Positions 1-12,835 of a DNA stretch of 64,000 nt are shown here, in pieces (positions within the stretch are counted from its first letter, which is position 1; every line of letters starts with the position of its first letter). The position numbers were made by a program, and so were the translations under genes. The stretch comes from Eutreptiella sp. 'Long Island Sound 2002' (lineage: Eukaryota; Protista; Euglenida). The notes under the pieces are model-generated. The model was not told where the DNA came from. It made no database searches and saw only the letters and a program-made list of their open reading frames with translations. The stretch covers positions 68,448,001 to 68,512,000 of the forward strand of contig OZ038379.1 of assembly GCA_964036045.1 (NCBI GenBank). Direction: 5' to 3'.

Positions 1-269
1 GGTATTGACGGGCTAGAGCGTTACAGGGGCGGCCAGCGATGCCAGTTGGGCTACGGCGACACAAGCCGGTAAAGCAAGTTGAGCGGGGGGTTGAATTGGG
101 GTTGAGGTGTGGCTGTCGAAGCCTGCACAGAGCTACTCGGTGGCCGTGAGGGGCAGGGGGTGAGGTCCACGGGTGGCAGGGCCAAATCTTGCCGCAAGCA
201 TCCCCCTCCGACACCCCCTCCTATGAACATATGAAGGAGGGTGGTGTCGGCTAGTTTTCAAAATATTGT

Positions 270-370
270 TCCGGCGAAATTCTAGTAGCTTGTTCCGGCA
301 ACGTTCCGGCGGTGTTGCAGTGTCCGCTGAACCACTGCCGGAATGTGACCGGAGCAAGTCACCGGAACGT
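270..370. repeat. Cluster of self-complementary GTTCCGG/CCGGAAC motifs (CCGG variant of the transposon motif array)
   Basis: ttgttccggc..ttgttccggcaacgttccggc..ccggaatg..accggaacg. Same layout as the GTTCTAG/CTAGAAC clusters of the 7776-13207 element. Confidence 0.7.
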
Positions 371-474
371 CCCTATAAGGACGAAAATGAACAGCATGTT
401 CCACGCGCCCTTTGTGCGCAATGCGCACTATGGCCGGTTGGGGGGGGGGGGGGGTAACCAAGACAGGGCGCAGT

Positions 475-780
475 GCTCCTAGGGGTTTGGCTAACCCCCA
501 AAGGACCACAAAGCCGGGGGCACAACTCCTGGGGATTTGGCTTACCCCTTAAGGGACGTCAAAGCTGGGAGCACACTCGCCGGGGGTTGGGTAATCCTTG
601 AAGGGACAACATACGGGCCGGCACTGCCCCTTGGGGCCTAGCTAAGCACTTAGGGGGCAACAAAGATAGGGGCGCTGCCCTGGGGGTTTGACGAACCCCT
701 CAGGGGACAACGAAGCTTGGGGTAGCGCCCCAAGGAGTTTTCTTAACCCCTCAAGGAACCACGTAGCAGGGGGCACCGCC
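475..780. repeat. Degenerate ~50-bp tandem repeat, about 6 units
   Basis: Units of the form ggggtttggctaacccc..aaggg..aaagc.ggggg recur near 481, 531, 581, 631, 681 and 731. Confidence 0.7.
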
Positions 781-810
781 CCAATCTCGCACCGTGTGCG
801 CCCGCCTACC

Positions 811-1015
811 CCCTACGGCCTAGCTCGTAGCAAAGGCCACTCGCGGCGATGGTATGGCATGATGCACAAATGACCCACCTAGACCCTGGCCCCTACCGTG
901 TAGCCCATAGCAAAGGCCACTTGCGGCTATGGCATGCCATGATGCAAAAATGACCCGCCTAGCCCTTGGCCCCTACCCCTTAGCCCTATTCGGCCATGGC
1001 ATACCATGATGTACG
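811..1015. repeat. 80-bp tandem repeat, about 2.5 units
   Basis: ccctac..tagc..tagcaaaggccac..gcggc.atgg.atg.catgatgca.aaatgaccc at 811 and 891, with a partial copy at 971. Confidence 0.8.
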
Positions 1016-1194
1016 AGATGCACAGTCATTCACCGGCATTCACACACATTCACACACAACAAACTTCATTTTCGTGTCGCCTTCGACAGGGCAGTCACCT
1101 TGCCCCGCATATCGCCGTCGATGGGCACGGCCATGATGCGGAGCACAGGACAAAAGTGAGCTAATAAAGGGGGGTGCATAATGGGGTACGGACT

Positions 1195-1760
1195 CTAGGG
1201 AAGCCCTGGGAACACAAGGAACATGGTGAACAACATTGTTTTAGTGTAGAAAAGTCCATTGCAGCATTTGCCCCACGGTCTCGGCATGTGAGTCCACAAA
1301 GGCCTCGGGGCGTCCACAGGCACTTTGCCCGTTTTTTGCTGGCCCCCGCCCCAGGCAGTATGCACGTCAAAAGCCTGCTTTAGGAACCTGTTCAGGATCT
1401 CAACAATGTTGTTGGGGAATATTGCCATGCCGAAAGGCCATGTGTCCTCCGACAAGCGGTCAGCATCCTCCTCCAAAAAAAGGAGCTAGTGGGATGCAGA
1501 CACGGGGGGGTGGCCAGGCCGGGTCCTTGTATGCGAACCCCCCCAGCCCCCCCCCCCCACCCCCCCGGAGTTTTGAAAGATAGTGCTGCCGGGGCGGCCA
1601 CCAACAAGTGTTCCTAGATAAATCTCTCCGGCGCCAATTTTTTTCATACAATGTGTGTATACTCAAAATACTCAAAATTTTGTAGACAATCCATACTTTT
1701 TTAAAGCAACAAGAAAACTTTTGACCTGAATGAGGGCTATAGGCGCGCTGCACGCCTAAA
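1195..1760 (-). pseudogene. C-terminal fragment of a RAG1/Transib-like DDE transposase (relative of 7985-9950)
   Basis: EEDADRLSEDTWPFGMAIFPNNIVEILNRFLKQAFDVHTAWGGG aligns with EHDVDTILQNIKPFGLAMFSGDISESINRFLKHGRNEHSNRGGG near 9560-9690. Confidence 0.7.
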
Positions 1761-1765
1761 CAGCA

Positions 1766-1802
1766 ACCCTAGCCCTAACCCTAACCCTCTCTCTAACCCT
1801 AA
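1766..1802 (+). repeat. Interstitial telomere-like (CCCTAA)n
   Basis: aaccctagccctaaccctaaccctctctctaaccctaa. Confidence 0.75.
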
Positions 1803-1899
1803 TCAAGACCGAATGATGGGACCGAACTGGTGGGGGAGGGAACATTAGCTATGACTGGTGAGGGACATCAAGAATGATTCACACATTGATGGCTCCTGT

Positions 1900-2970
1900 G
1901 AAATCAGCTACCCCATCACCACGAGGCCCACTTTCAAGGCTTTTGGGACTTATGGGGGGCCAAAATGCCCCAAAATGGGGTCAAAATGGGCTCCTTTCAC
2001 CCGTTTGTGCACCCCAAATGGTCTAGGATGAGGTTTGGGAAAATGTGTTTTTGACCCATTTTTGACTCATTTTTGGTCCGAAAAAAGCCCATTTTCAAGG
2101 CATTTTGGGATTTTCAGAGGACCAAAATCGGCCAAGCTCAAAAGGGTCCAAAAACACTTGTTTTGGTGTCGCACATGGTCTAGGATCATTTTTTAGAAAA
2201 GTCATCTTTTTGCCCCTGCTGGACCCTGTGGACCCATTTGGGCACCCACCTGTTTGGGCTTGAGCTTGCGGCTTGCCGCAGCCCAGTGGGCCTAGGTATT
2301 GGGGTCTAGGCGTCCGTGTGGGCAATTTTGAGGGGTGGAAACCACAAAAAGTGGGGGGTTGCGGGTGGGGTAGGTGCCCTCGGAGTCTCATTTTGAGCCA
2401 TGTAGCCAAAGATATGGCCTATTCTTGGTTTGTGCCTGTCGGCATTTGGAGCCTCTGGGGAACTTTTTGGGCCGTTGCCGGGACATATCATGGAGTTAGT
2501 GGGCCGCAAACGGCTCGATGACCAGGGGAAGTCAAGCCGCACGTGAAGTGCAGCCACCGTTTCCCTTCGTTTGGCCGTTTGGAATATGTTCCGGGGCTGC
2601 TTTGCCCCCAAAATGGCTGTTTTTGGCCCTAAACTACAGTTTTTGAAACTGAGGTCCGCCACTTGCAAATCCCGTTTGCGGCCGCCAGCGTTGAGTTTCT
2701 CGCTCCAACTTTCTGTGATTGTACTTCACACCCACAGGTATCATCCACCAAAATTTCACTTGGATCTCAAACACCACAAATCAGTTCTGATTTTTGCCCA
2801 TTTCGCGCGAGCTGCTGCTTGCTTGCTGCTTGCTGCTGCTGGTGCTAAACCTGGTAGGTCGACCCTAGACGCTAAAAAGGGTTATAAAACCAAAACTCGT
2901 TCCACCAGCTCGGTGACCCTAACCCTTACCCTAACCCTAACCGCAACCGTACAACTAACCCTAACCCCCC
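1900..2970. repeat. Interspersed non-coding repeat rich in A/T tracts, ending in telomere-like repeats
   Basis: Recurring ccccaaaatgg, tttttgaccc and ttttggg tracts; ends in degenerate CCCTAA units at 2916-2966. Similar style at 25430-25590. Confidence 0.4.
2916..2966 (+). repeat. Interstitial telomere-like (CCCTAA)n, degenerate
   Basis: gaccctaacccttaccctaaccctaaccgcaaccgtacaactaaccctaaccc. Confidence 0.75.
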
Positions 2971-3798
2971 CTGCCTCCCTCACTCCTCGCTAGACGCCCC
3001 GCTTACCCACGGCCACACACGCCCCGACCCCCGGTAGGAACACCCCCCCCCCCGACCCCCGCGACGGTCGACCGTCCCCTATGCCAATACACGCCATTTT
3101 GCCTCCAACTTCTCAACCGCCCATTGAACCTCCCTTAGTGGGCACTTCCTGCCCAAAAGTTTTCGCTTGAAACGACCCCCCCCGGAACATCCCGAAGCTC
3201 CCGACAACGCGCGAACACTTCCTCAGATGCTCTGCATGTTTCCCGTCGCCTCCTTGACTAACGGCAACACCACACCCCAATATGCTACCCCCCCCCCCCC
3301 CCCCTTCAGTCCCTGTCGTCCTATGCGAGGGCACCATCAACACTGAGTGGATGGGCAAGACGTTGCGTACAACCATGGCAAACAAAGGTGCAACCTTCCC
3401 CTAAACAAATGAGATAGTGGGTCCTAACTCCCCTCCCCTAGACGCCTGCATCCTGAAATCGCCCCACCCAACCATCTACACTCTTCGGTGGTTGTTGATC
3501 CTTATACACAGCAAGGCCCAAAGCCACTGCTTGTGGCGCCCGGAGGATAGGGATGCACCGGGTGGGACCTTGGTGACGTGCGTGACGGGGTAAGGGAGCT
3601 CAACGTCCCTCCCAAATTATCAGTACCCCACCCATGCACCGAGTGGGGGGGGGGGGGATTTCTTACCGCCGCGGGGCAGATGGCGGGCAGCTGCCACTGG
3701 CAGCTCATTTTTTGACGTGGGCCTAACCATCGTCTAACGGGCGTGAAGCCCACGCCCGAAAAGGACGTTGTGGTCTTCCAGCCAAGTGGGTCAAGATC

Positions 3799-5260
3799 TT
3801 GAAGGAGGGGAACTACCCGGTCGAGGACGATGACAACTCCCACCGCCACGTCCCCGGCCAAACCCAGGTGCCCTCACGTGACGTGCGAGAAGGACACACA
3901 GCGCAACCACCTGAACGCATTGCAAGATGTCCTTGCGCAGAGAGAGAGGAAGCCGTCCGCACAGCTGCGGCACGCTTGGCTGCCCTAAAGGGAAACTTGG
4001 ACACGCAAGTGCGGGTATACCCCTTTCCGGCATGCCTTAGGGGGCCAATAGGGCCAGAAAAACCGTGTGGTGTTCTCCCCCACACTCTATTCAGATGATG
4101 TTGAAGCAGCTTGTTCCGGCGGTGTTCCAGTCTGTAGCACTCAAAAACCACCGGCACTTCGCCAGAACGTCGCCCGAAAAGCTTGTTGGAACGACGCCGC
4201 AACACATTTTCGTGGTGTCCTCTTTGTAGATGGAGGACATTTAGCTCAATCGTGACGACCCCCGAGCTGAGCACCTCATCATGCGGTGGCCGGGCTTCGA
4301 CCACGGGCCCATCTACGCCCTGGTACAAGAGTTGCAGCAGCATCCTATTGCAGCATTGGAGGTTTTGACAGCACTGCCCGACCATCTAGCCGGCCATAGT
4401 AGTGTCCTAGAGACGCAAATGGAGCGCTCAGGTAGCATTGACAACCTATCTCCGGCCCCCGCTCACCGCCAGCATTTGGTATCCACCGTCGCGAGTGCCG
4501 CCCCCTCGTCCCCTCCAGCCCTACTCCTAGTGCCAATACTTGCCCCCATGACCAGAACCAACCCCTCCCTTACCTCGAACTTGTCCGCTTGTTTTGCGGA
4601 CTGGCCCATGCGCCGCAAGTAGACACCCCAGCCCCCCAAAGAGAAGCCCGCCCTCCCCCCTCTAATACCCCAAGAAGTCCCCGAAGACTAGCCCACAAAC
4701 TGCCGCCTCGCCGCACCCAACCCCCAACTCCCCAGCAGCGGACATGCCGAGGGATATCCCCACACCTAAGCTCAAGCCCAAGGCGAAGGCAAGGGGGGTG
4801 TAAGTACAAGGCAGGGCAAAATGTTTATGTCATTTTTTGCGGGAAGGGGATGTGGGGGATCAAGAACGGCAAGGAGGCCCTGGCCGGGGATGGACCCCCC
4901 CGAAAAAGGGAAACGTGGGTGGGGTTCCTAGGGTATGAGGAAGTTTTTGGTGTGCCGAAAGCCCGCGTGTGGTGGACCTGAAGGCAAGCCAAGAAGCACG
5001 TGGGAAAGAAGAGGAAGGAGAAGAAGGCGGGCGAAGACAGGGAGGGTGACAAGGACGCCGAGGACACGGAGGCCGAGGATGGAAACGGGGATGGGGTGGG
5101 GATGGGGATGGGGGAGACAAAGGGGATGGGCAGGAGGCAGGTGACGGTGCCCCGGCGGCTAGCCGGGATGAGGGTAAGGGGGTGGGGGTTGCCGGGGTGT
5201 AGAGTGAAGGGGTGGTGGCTGACGGGGTGGTGGTCGACCAGAAAGAATGAGAGGTAAGTC
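3799..5260 (+). pseudogene. Decayed multi-exon gene of a relative of the RAG1-like element, with a Tudor-like segment at 4802-5002
   Basis: A GT(4015)..AG(4229) intron containing a CCGG motif array joins ORF 3799 to the frame of ORF 4281 (one in-frame TAG). KYKAGQNVYVIF..WVGFLGYEEVFGVPKARVWWT*RQAKKHV resembles FRVPGELLFRTREEAEAHL at 12341. Confidence 0.5.
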
Positions 5261-5376
5261 CCGGGGCGCCATGCACACCGGTGACAAGACAGGAGGAGTA
5301 GCCAAAGAAGGTACGAAGTGACTAACCCCATATGCCCTTGCCGGCACCCGAACTTACAATGTATGTTTCACTTACC

Positions 5377-6519
5377 CTTTATCCACACTTTGCTTTTTCT
5401 CTCGCCTGTGTGTTCTAGTGCTTACCCGTAGCTTGATCCGGCGGTGTTTTGGTGGTATTCCGGTAAAAACCGATTTGGAACGCAACTTTTTTTCGCACGA
5501 CAACATGTAAAACAACAAATCTGAAAATTCCAGCAGCACAACCTTCAGCTACCGAACAACAATCTTTCTTAGCATGTATGGGTGTGCTTGGTTCGGGCGG
5601 CTTGGATCCCATTGTGTGACCCGGCTTCGGATCTCCGTGGGAACCTCCCTTGCATCACACAGTGGAGATCGTACATACAGCAGATATGAAGTCTAAAACA
5701 AATGAGATGCGGCGCGTGGTTGAAACACCGGAGACAACCCTTTGCTTAGCAACGGGGGGGGGGGTAAGGGTGGGGGGCAAATGAAAAGGGGACCCACCCA
5801 CGTTTTGGCTAGAGGTAAAGCTCTATGCCTAGTCCTATGGGGGGGGGGGGGGTCAACCTCACGAGGTACCTACCCACAAAACTACCAAGACTGCGCAAGG
5901 GAATGTACACAAAGAAAAAATTTCCGGAAACAGGCCAACCTTTCATGCGGCTTAGTCCCATCAGGGGCGAGTGCCTCCACACCCTAGGTGACCGCAGCCC
6001 CATGGGCCGCGCTGCGGAAAGGCCAAGGGGTGCACCAACTGTTCTTGCCACTCCATCATCTCCTACAAGCGCACCCCTGCCAAGCGTCTGTAGACCACCG
6101 ACACGGAATGTGAGCGTAGGAGTGTCGAGGGCCCCCAACAAACTTTCCTTGGGTACCACAACGGTGTGCCAAAAGCTGCGGCATCACGTCAACTTATTTA
6201 GCTTTTGCGTGCTGTGCATACACAGGTTAGCGCAAAAACATGCCGTCGGCGTGGCCTCATGCCGTCTCCCCATCCCTTCGCCTTAGTGTACAGGGCACGA
6301 AAAGAGGACCCGCACCAAGGGCTCAAGTGTCATCGCAACTATGCCTACCGTGGCCCTCTTCTCAGGCCGCCGATCTTCTTCGGGGTGTCCGCGCTCTCCG
6401 TTGCCCCTTCTCCTATGGAAATGTCGCACTCCATGCCAACTTGGTGAAGTCCACAGCAAAGAGGCCGTGTGAGACTGCGGACCGTCCCAACGTGTAGCTA
6501 GCGCCTTCCCTACCTTGGT
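5377..6519. repeat. R1 ~1.25-kb tandem repeat unit, copy A (5'-truncated)
   Basis: ttatccacactttgc at 5379 and 6627 (period about 1248). Continuous similarity to 6520-7775 and 13208-15020. Confidence 0.9.
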
Positions 6520-7775
6520 GGAATCAGCACCCCGTGGCTGCGCGTGGACTTGCTGAGCGTTGAAAGCTGTGGCGACCCGGTATGCACTGACCTATTGCCT
6601 GCGGCCGCTGATCAACGCTTCCCGTTTATCCACACTTTGCTTTTTGTCTTGCCTGCATGTTCTAGTGCTTACCCGTAACTTGTTCCGGTGGTCTTTCGGT
6701 GGTGTTCCGGTAAAAACTGCTTTTGAACGCATCAATTTTTTCGCACGACGACGTGGAAAACGACGAACCTGAAAATTCCAGCAGCGCACCCTTCGGCTAG
6801 CAAACAACATACTTTCCCCGCATGCATGGGCGTGCTTGGTTGGGGCGGCTTGGATCTCCATTGTGTGAACCGGCTTTGGATCTCCATGGGAACCGGCTTT
6901 GCATCACACAGTGGAGATGGTACATACCACAGAGATATGAAGTCTCACACAAATGGGATGCGACGCCTGGTGGAAACATTGGGGACAGCCGTTTGCTTGG
7001 CAACCGGGGGGTGAGGGTTGGGGGGCAAATGAGAAGGGGACCCACCCACGCTTTGGCTAGAGGCAAAGCTTTGAGCCCAAGACTATGGGCGGGGGGGGGG
7101 GGGGTCGACCTCACGAGGTACCGACCAAAAAAAAACGACCACGACGGCATAAGGGAATGTACACAAAGAAAAATTTGCGGAAAGCGGGCAATCTTTCATG
7201 CGCCTCAGTCCCATCAGCGGCGAGTACCTCCACACCCTATGTAACCGCGCCCCCTTCGGCCGCGCTGCGGTAAGGCCAGGGGGTGCACCCACCGTTGTTG
7301 TGCCCTCAACACTCCTCCGCTCACATTGCGTGTCGGTGGTCTACAAACTGTGGGCAGGGATGCTCTTGTCGGAGATGATGGAGTACCCAACAGAGTTTCC
7401 TTGGGTACGGCAATGGTGTTCCAAAAGCTGCGAAATGCGGTTAACTTATTCAGGTTTTGCGCGCTGTGCACACACGGGTTGGCACAAAAACATGCCATCG
7501 GCGTGGCCTCATGCCGTCTCCCCATGCCTTCGCCTTAGTGTACATGGCACGAAAGGAGGCCCCGTGCCAAGGGCTCAAGTGTCATCGCAACTAGACCTAC
7601 CGTGGCCCTCTTCCGGGGCCGCCGATCTTCTTCGGGGCGTCCACGCACTCCGTGGCCCCTCCTCCTATGTAAACGTGGCACTCAACGCCAACTTGGTGAA
7701 TTCCACTGGAAAGAAGCCGTTTGAGACTGCGGACCTTCCTAACGTGTTGCTGGCGCCTTCCCTACCTTGGTGCAA
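6520..7775. repeat. R1 unit, copy B
   Basis: Head-to-tail with copy A. Ends ..ccttccctaccttggtgcaa at the left end of the transposon. Confidence 0.9.
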
Positions 7776-7984
7776 CCCTTGGTACACGCTAGAAGACCCA
7801 ATCTCGTTCTAGCCTAGAACACTCTAGCCTAGATGTTCTAGCCTAGATTAGATCAATACTAGAACGATATAATGTTTACCTAGGTGTGCCAATTTCTTCA
7901 TTGTTGCGCCGTGCATGCTTCCTATTGTCCGTAGTGCATTGTTCCATGGTTCCTTCTTTCCCCCTTAGATATTACACATTTCTT

Positions 7985-9950
7985 TGCAATGAAACGCCCC
8001 GCATGTCCCCCCTTGCTCCCTCCTCAACCGGGAAGGATACTTCCCTCTTGTCTAAGGCACTACGGGAGTTGAGTGGGGCATCTACCCTCAAGGATGAGCG
8101 GGTGGGCCATTACTTGGCCTGGGCGGTATCATGCACCCTAGCACGGCGGCATTTCAACAACGCCGTCCAATATGTGAACTCCGCCACTTCTACCCATACC
8201 ACGGGTGAGGCATGCAAGGCCGCCGTTGAGGCATACACCGCCTCCCTTCTCCCCCCACCGCCATGTGTGAACTAGTGATCAACACGAGGGCCCCCAAGTC
8301 CTCGTGGTGGACCCTCTCGGAGCTCTACACGCTTCGTAAGTTGGAGTATCACTGCACCGTCCCTAGTGGCCCCTACTCCCGTCCAATTTGTACCGTGCGG
8401 GCTTTCCAAGCCCGTTGGAAGGAGTTGGTCGCCCCGGTGCAATTGGATGACCCCGTTGCCACGGTGTTGCCCAAGGCCACCGGGATCTCATGGCCCTTCG
8501 CCTCATGGGTCACGTACATTCTCTCCCGGTCGGGCTTGGTGCGGTCAATCAACCGCAACTTCCTGTTGACGTTCATCGTCCGGGGAGATGCCTAGCCCGT
8601 GACCGGGGGCAATTGGACCCAACTTACCATCTCCTTGGCCAACTCCGACCGCTTGGCCCGCTACCCGGCGGGGCTTTGGGTGTTGAGCATGGCCAATTGC
8701 GATCACAAGGCCATGGACACCCTTGGGACGTTGTGGAAGAGCAATTGGGAGGTGCCTTTCGCTCGTTCTAGTTTTGATCTAGTTGGCCTGGAACGCCGCT
8801 CGCTAGACGCTAGATTGGACTACACTAGAACGAACTTAACCATCCCCCATGTCTCGTGTTGGGGTGATTCAAGATATCATCGACACGGGGCTGGTCCAAT
8901 GGGGGGCCTCCAAGGAGGAGGCAAAGGTGATCCTCGGGGGGGGTCAACCGTGGACGCGAAGGGTGATCGGGGTTGCCACATGCCCCCAAGTGGGCTCCAT
9001 GTTCAATGAGGGGATATGGAATGCCCAAACGAAGACTTGGGAGGGTAGTGCTATCCCGCGGACCATTGAGGGTGATGAGGCCAACTACACGGCCTTCCTC
9101 CTTGGGAAGCCTTCCTTGCAAGCCGCCGGCTGCAGTACGCCGCGCATTTTGTAATTGCCACGTGCCTGGGTGGTCTTGTGCATTTTGCACTTGACAATGG
9201 CCATGGGACGCTTGTTGGGGGAGTTTGTCAACCGGGAGGCTAGGTCGGTCACCCCTGCGCTCCGTCAAGACCTGCAAGTTCTCCTGTCGGAGGGGCGTGC
9301 AGGTTGGAGTGTTTATGGGTCAGCTTCCCCGGACGGGGAAGAGACTGCCATTTTTTTTGACGCATGGCCGCATATTGCTAAGTTCCTCGGCAATAGGCCG
9401 AGCTCGGCCAAGTACAAGGCCATCACGAACATGCTGGACCTGCTGCAGGCCCTCTATGGTACATATGACGGCCCTAACCCATTGAATCGTGCTGCCGTGG
9501 CCAGCGATTTCCGGCGCCACTGTACTGTCGGAATAGCATCATGGTATCTATTGAGCCTTGAGCATGATGTAGATACCATCTTGCAAAACATTAAGCCATT
9601 TGGGCTAGCTATGTTCTCGGGTGACATTTCGGAAAGCATCAACCGCTTTCTGAAACATGGTCGCAACGAGCACAGCAACCGGGGGGGGGGGGGGGCTGTC
9701 GGGTGGAGGGGGTGGACAGGGTGTCGGGTCGTCAGTGGTCGGCCATCCACAGGGAGGCCAACAATGCATGACATGGTTCTGCATACTTTGACGTGTCGTG
9801 GGTTGTGCATGGGGGGCCGCGGTCACAAGTGCCAAGCTCGGGTAGGGATGCCATGGAGGTAAGGAGGGGCGAGGGCCACATGCAGGCTTCCCTGAACCAG
9901 ACTATGGAGCAACAAAATGGCATTGAAAGAGTTGATGGACGAGGTGCTAC
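7985..9950 (+). pseudogene. RAG1-core/Transib-like DDE transposase, with stops and frameshifts
   Basis: FIVRGDA (D at 8587); VILGG[G]QPWTRRVIG (~8930-8965, probable D>G) or CDHK (8701) as second D; VVLCILHLTMAMGR (C/DxxH); FGLAMFSGDISESINRFLK (E at 9632). Order and spacing are like RAG1 D600/D708/E962. Confidence 0.7.
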
Positions 9951-9955
9951 GCCAG

Positions 9956-10104
9956 GTATATTGTCTTGCTGTGCGTTCTAGCGTCGATCTAAGGAATAGT
10001 TCTGGTCTTGATCTAGGCAGCACGATCGGTCGCTGCACTGTCGCTAGAACGCCACTAGAACGGTTGCCTAGAACGCCGCCAGAACGCTCCTGTGTCTGCT
10101 ACAG
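9956..10104 (+). other. Predicted GT-AG intron filled with CTAG motif array
   Basis: cag|GTATAT..CTGCTACAG|aat. Removal joins LKELMDEVLRQ in frame to NAATQALIAQVLEAHKQ (ORF 10135). Confidence 0.75.
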
Positions 10105-12835
10105 AATGCGGCGACCCAGGCGCTGATTGCGCAGGTGCTGGAGGCGCACAAGCAGGCACAGCAGGCGCCGGCCGAGGAGGCCGAGCCAAAGGCCCAGCAG
10201 GCCCCGAAGGGCAAGCCACCCCCCCTCGCCAAGCCCAAGGCCAAGCCTGAGCCCCAACCCCAAGCCCCACATCCACCATCGCCACCCCCTCGCCCCGTTG
10301 GTCGCCACGAAGTTGGCGGCGACGGTCCCCGCGTAGCACCCGGAAGTGGAGGAGGTGCGGGGGGGAGCTCAAAGGGCTCTCGGCTTCCCTCGCAGCCTCC
10401 AAGGGGGCCAAGGCCAGGGCTGAGGCCAAGGTCTCCGAATGGGAGACCAAATTGGCCGCCCTCTGGGCGGGGGGGGGCTGCAGATAGGATCCGCATGGCG
10501 GAGGACACCCTCCGCAAGGCGAAAGGGACGGTTGCGTAGAAGGAGGAGGCGATCGAGGCGCTCGATCGCGGGGTGCGGTGGATGGAGAGAGAGTTGGCGG
10601 TGGTGGTGGAGAGGGTGAAGGAGGAGGAGGTGGACGAGGCGGTGGAGGTGGACGTGGAGGCGGAGGAGATGGAGGAGGGGATCGTGAAGGAGGAGGTAGA
10701 GGCGAAGGTGGTGGTGGAGACACCGGCGAGGGGGGGGGGGGGGGGGCAGTGGCTCAAGGGGATGATGGGGTCGAGGAATGCGGGGGCCCTCCAGGACCTG
10801 CCATGGGACCCGCCTGTCCTGGCTGGCCCCCACCCCCCAAACCTGGACACCCCCCTCCTCGTCGCCCCAGAGAGTCCAGGTTGGACTCTCCGGTTTTGTT
10901 GCAACGGGTGCACCATCGGCTGTTGGGGGCGGGGCGGTGTGTATGGGTGGACGAGGGGGGGGTTGTCCACCTGGACAGGCCCCTGCGCCTAGGGGTGATC
11001 AACGGCTGGTGGGGGTGGCAACGTGAGTTGCCGGGGCCGAGGAAGGGATGGGGGGAGGTCCCCCCCCCCCCCCCGAAATGGGGCCGAAGATGTTCGAGTT
11101 GGCGCAAACCAACATCTTCACCCCCGAGAGGAAAAAGGGGGGGGGCCACCCACGCCAACTGCTAGCGGGGGCTGGGCTTGGGGGGGGGGAGAGGGTTGAG
11201 TATGCGGGGAAGGCCTGGAGCTGGACGCCAACCTGGTCGGCGCTCATGGACTTCGGGGGTTTCAACCCCGAGGCGGCGAACCGGGGGGCGTACGCCGGGG
11301 CGGTGCACGGCATCGCCTCCCGGCCCAACTCCAAGCCCAAGCCCGCCGCAACCCCCGCTGGGGCCCCCACGCAGCCGCACCCCCCCAACCCCCGGGACGC
11401 CTTCGCCAAGGCCCTAGAGCCATCTTTCCCGCCCTGGACCGCCAAGGCACGGTATGTTGATTGCGTTGTAGCGTTGATCTAGCGAACCGTTCTAGTCTTG
11501 ATCCAGCCACCGCCGTGCCGCCGCCGCTAGAACGTCCCTAGAACGCCGCAAAAACAGTTGCCTAGAACGCCGCTAGAACGCATCTGCATCATGTTTCTGT
11601 CTTCAGCCTGTCAGCGTGTAGACGTGTGGAGCCGACCCCCGTTGGGGTGCGCGTGGAGTGGCGCGATGGCGGAGGGCGAACGCGCCTCGTGGGGGTCACC
11701 AAGTTGGGCGAGATGATGGGGACGGACCCCAATCTGGCTTCTCGGTGTTGGAGGCTTTGGGTAGATGGGGATCGGGGAGGAGTGCAGGGGCCATGGACCC
11801 GCAGCGCAAGGGTTGGGTGAGGTTGCAGGACGGGACGGGGGAGACCAGCAGCAGCAGCAGCATCAGCAGCAGCAGTAGCAGCACCACCACCACCACCGGG
11901 AAGAAGACCCCCCCCCCCCAGTCTCCGAAACCCTCGCCCAAGGCCCCCAAGAAAAAACCCCGCCGCTTCGAGAGTAGCGAAGAAGAGCCCCCCCCCCCCC
12001 CCCCCTAAGCCCAGCAGAGCAAGCCCAAGGCCAAGGCCAAGCCCCAAGCCAAGGCCAAGGGCAACGCCCCCCCCCCCCCAACCCCAAGCCCCTCCCTTGC
12101 AAGATAGGGGTCGGGACCCCTATGGGAATGTGCCGGGTGTGGGGGACACCCGGTATGTCCCTTGGAGGGAGGGGGGCAATGGGGGGGACCGTCAGCCAAG
12201 TGACGGTGTTGGGGGATTGGGATGAGGAGTTGGACCCGGGGGAGTGGTTGGTGGTGTCGCAGGGGTCCAATGGGGAGAGGGAGGGGGGGAAGAAGGGGAA
12301 GAAGGGGAAGGAGAGAAGGCGGGAGAAAGAGGGGGGCACCTTCCGGGTGCCGGGAGAGCTTCTCTTCCGCACCAGGGAGGAGGCGGAGGCCCACCTCCGG
12401 GAGGCCTTGGGGGCGGGGACGAGGGGGACGAAGGGGATGACGGGGATGACGAAGGGGATGAGGGTGGTGACAAGGGGGGTGAGGTGGGGGGTGACAAGGG
12501 GGGGGATAAGGACGGGGACACGGGGGGTGAGAAGGGGGGTGCCGGGAGCAAGGATGAGCCCCGGCAACCCCGAAGGAGGGGTAACCTGCATGTCGCGACT
12601 CGCGAATGGGGGCCTGGGGGGGGGCAGGGAGGCTAATGGGGCTAACCGGGCGAATCGGGCTAACCCACCACCAAGTGACCCGGCGCCGGCCCGCCAAGTG
12701 ACCTTCCAAGTGACCTGTGGGGTGCGGTGGGGGGCTAACCGGGCTAACCCGGGGGTGGGGGGGGGGGGAACCCGGCGCTCCGTGAGTGGGGTCCAGCATC
12801 GGGACCTTATGATTGGCCACGGCTGGCCATGGTAG
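10105..12835 (+). pseudogene. Low-complexity 3' exons of the transposon gene(s), including a putative Tudor/SH3-like segment (12185-12397)
   Basis: Lys/Pro/Glu-rich exons linked by the predicted introns. GTVSQVTVLGDWDEELDPGEWLVVSQG..GTFRVPGELLFRTREEAEAHL. Confidence 0.45.
11452..11606 (+). other. Predicted GT-AG intron filled with CTAG motif array
   Basis: acg|GTATGT..GTCTTCAG|cct. Removal joins ORF 11048 (..WTAKAR) in frame to LSACRRVEPTPVG (ORF 11626). Confidence 0.75.
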
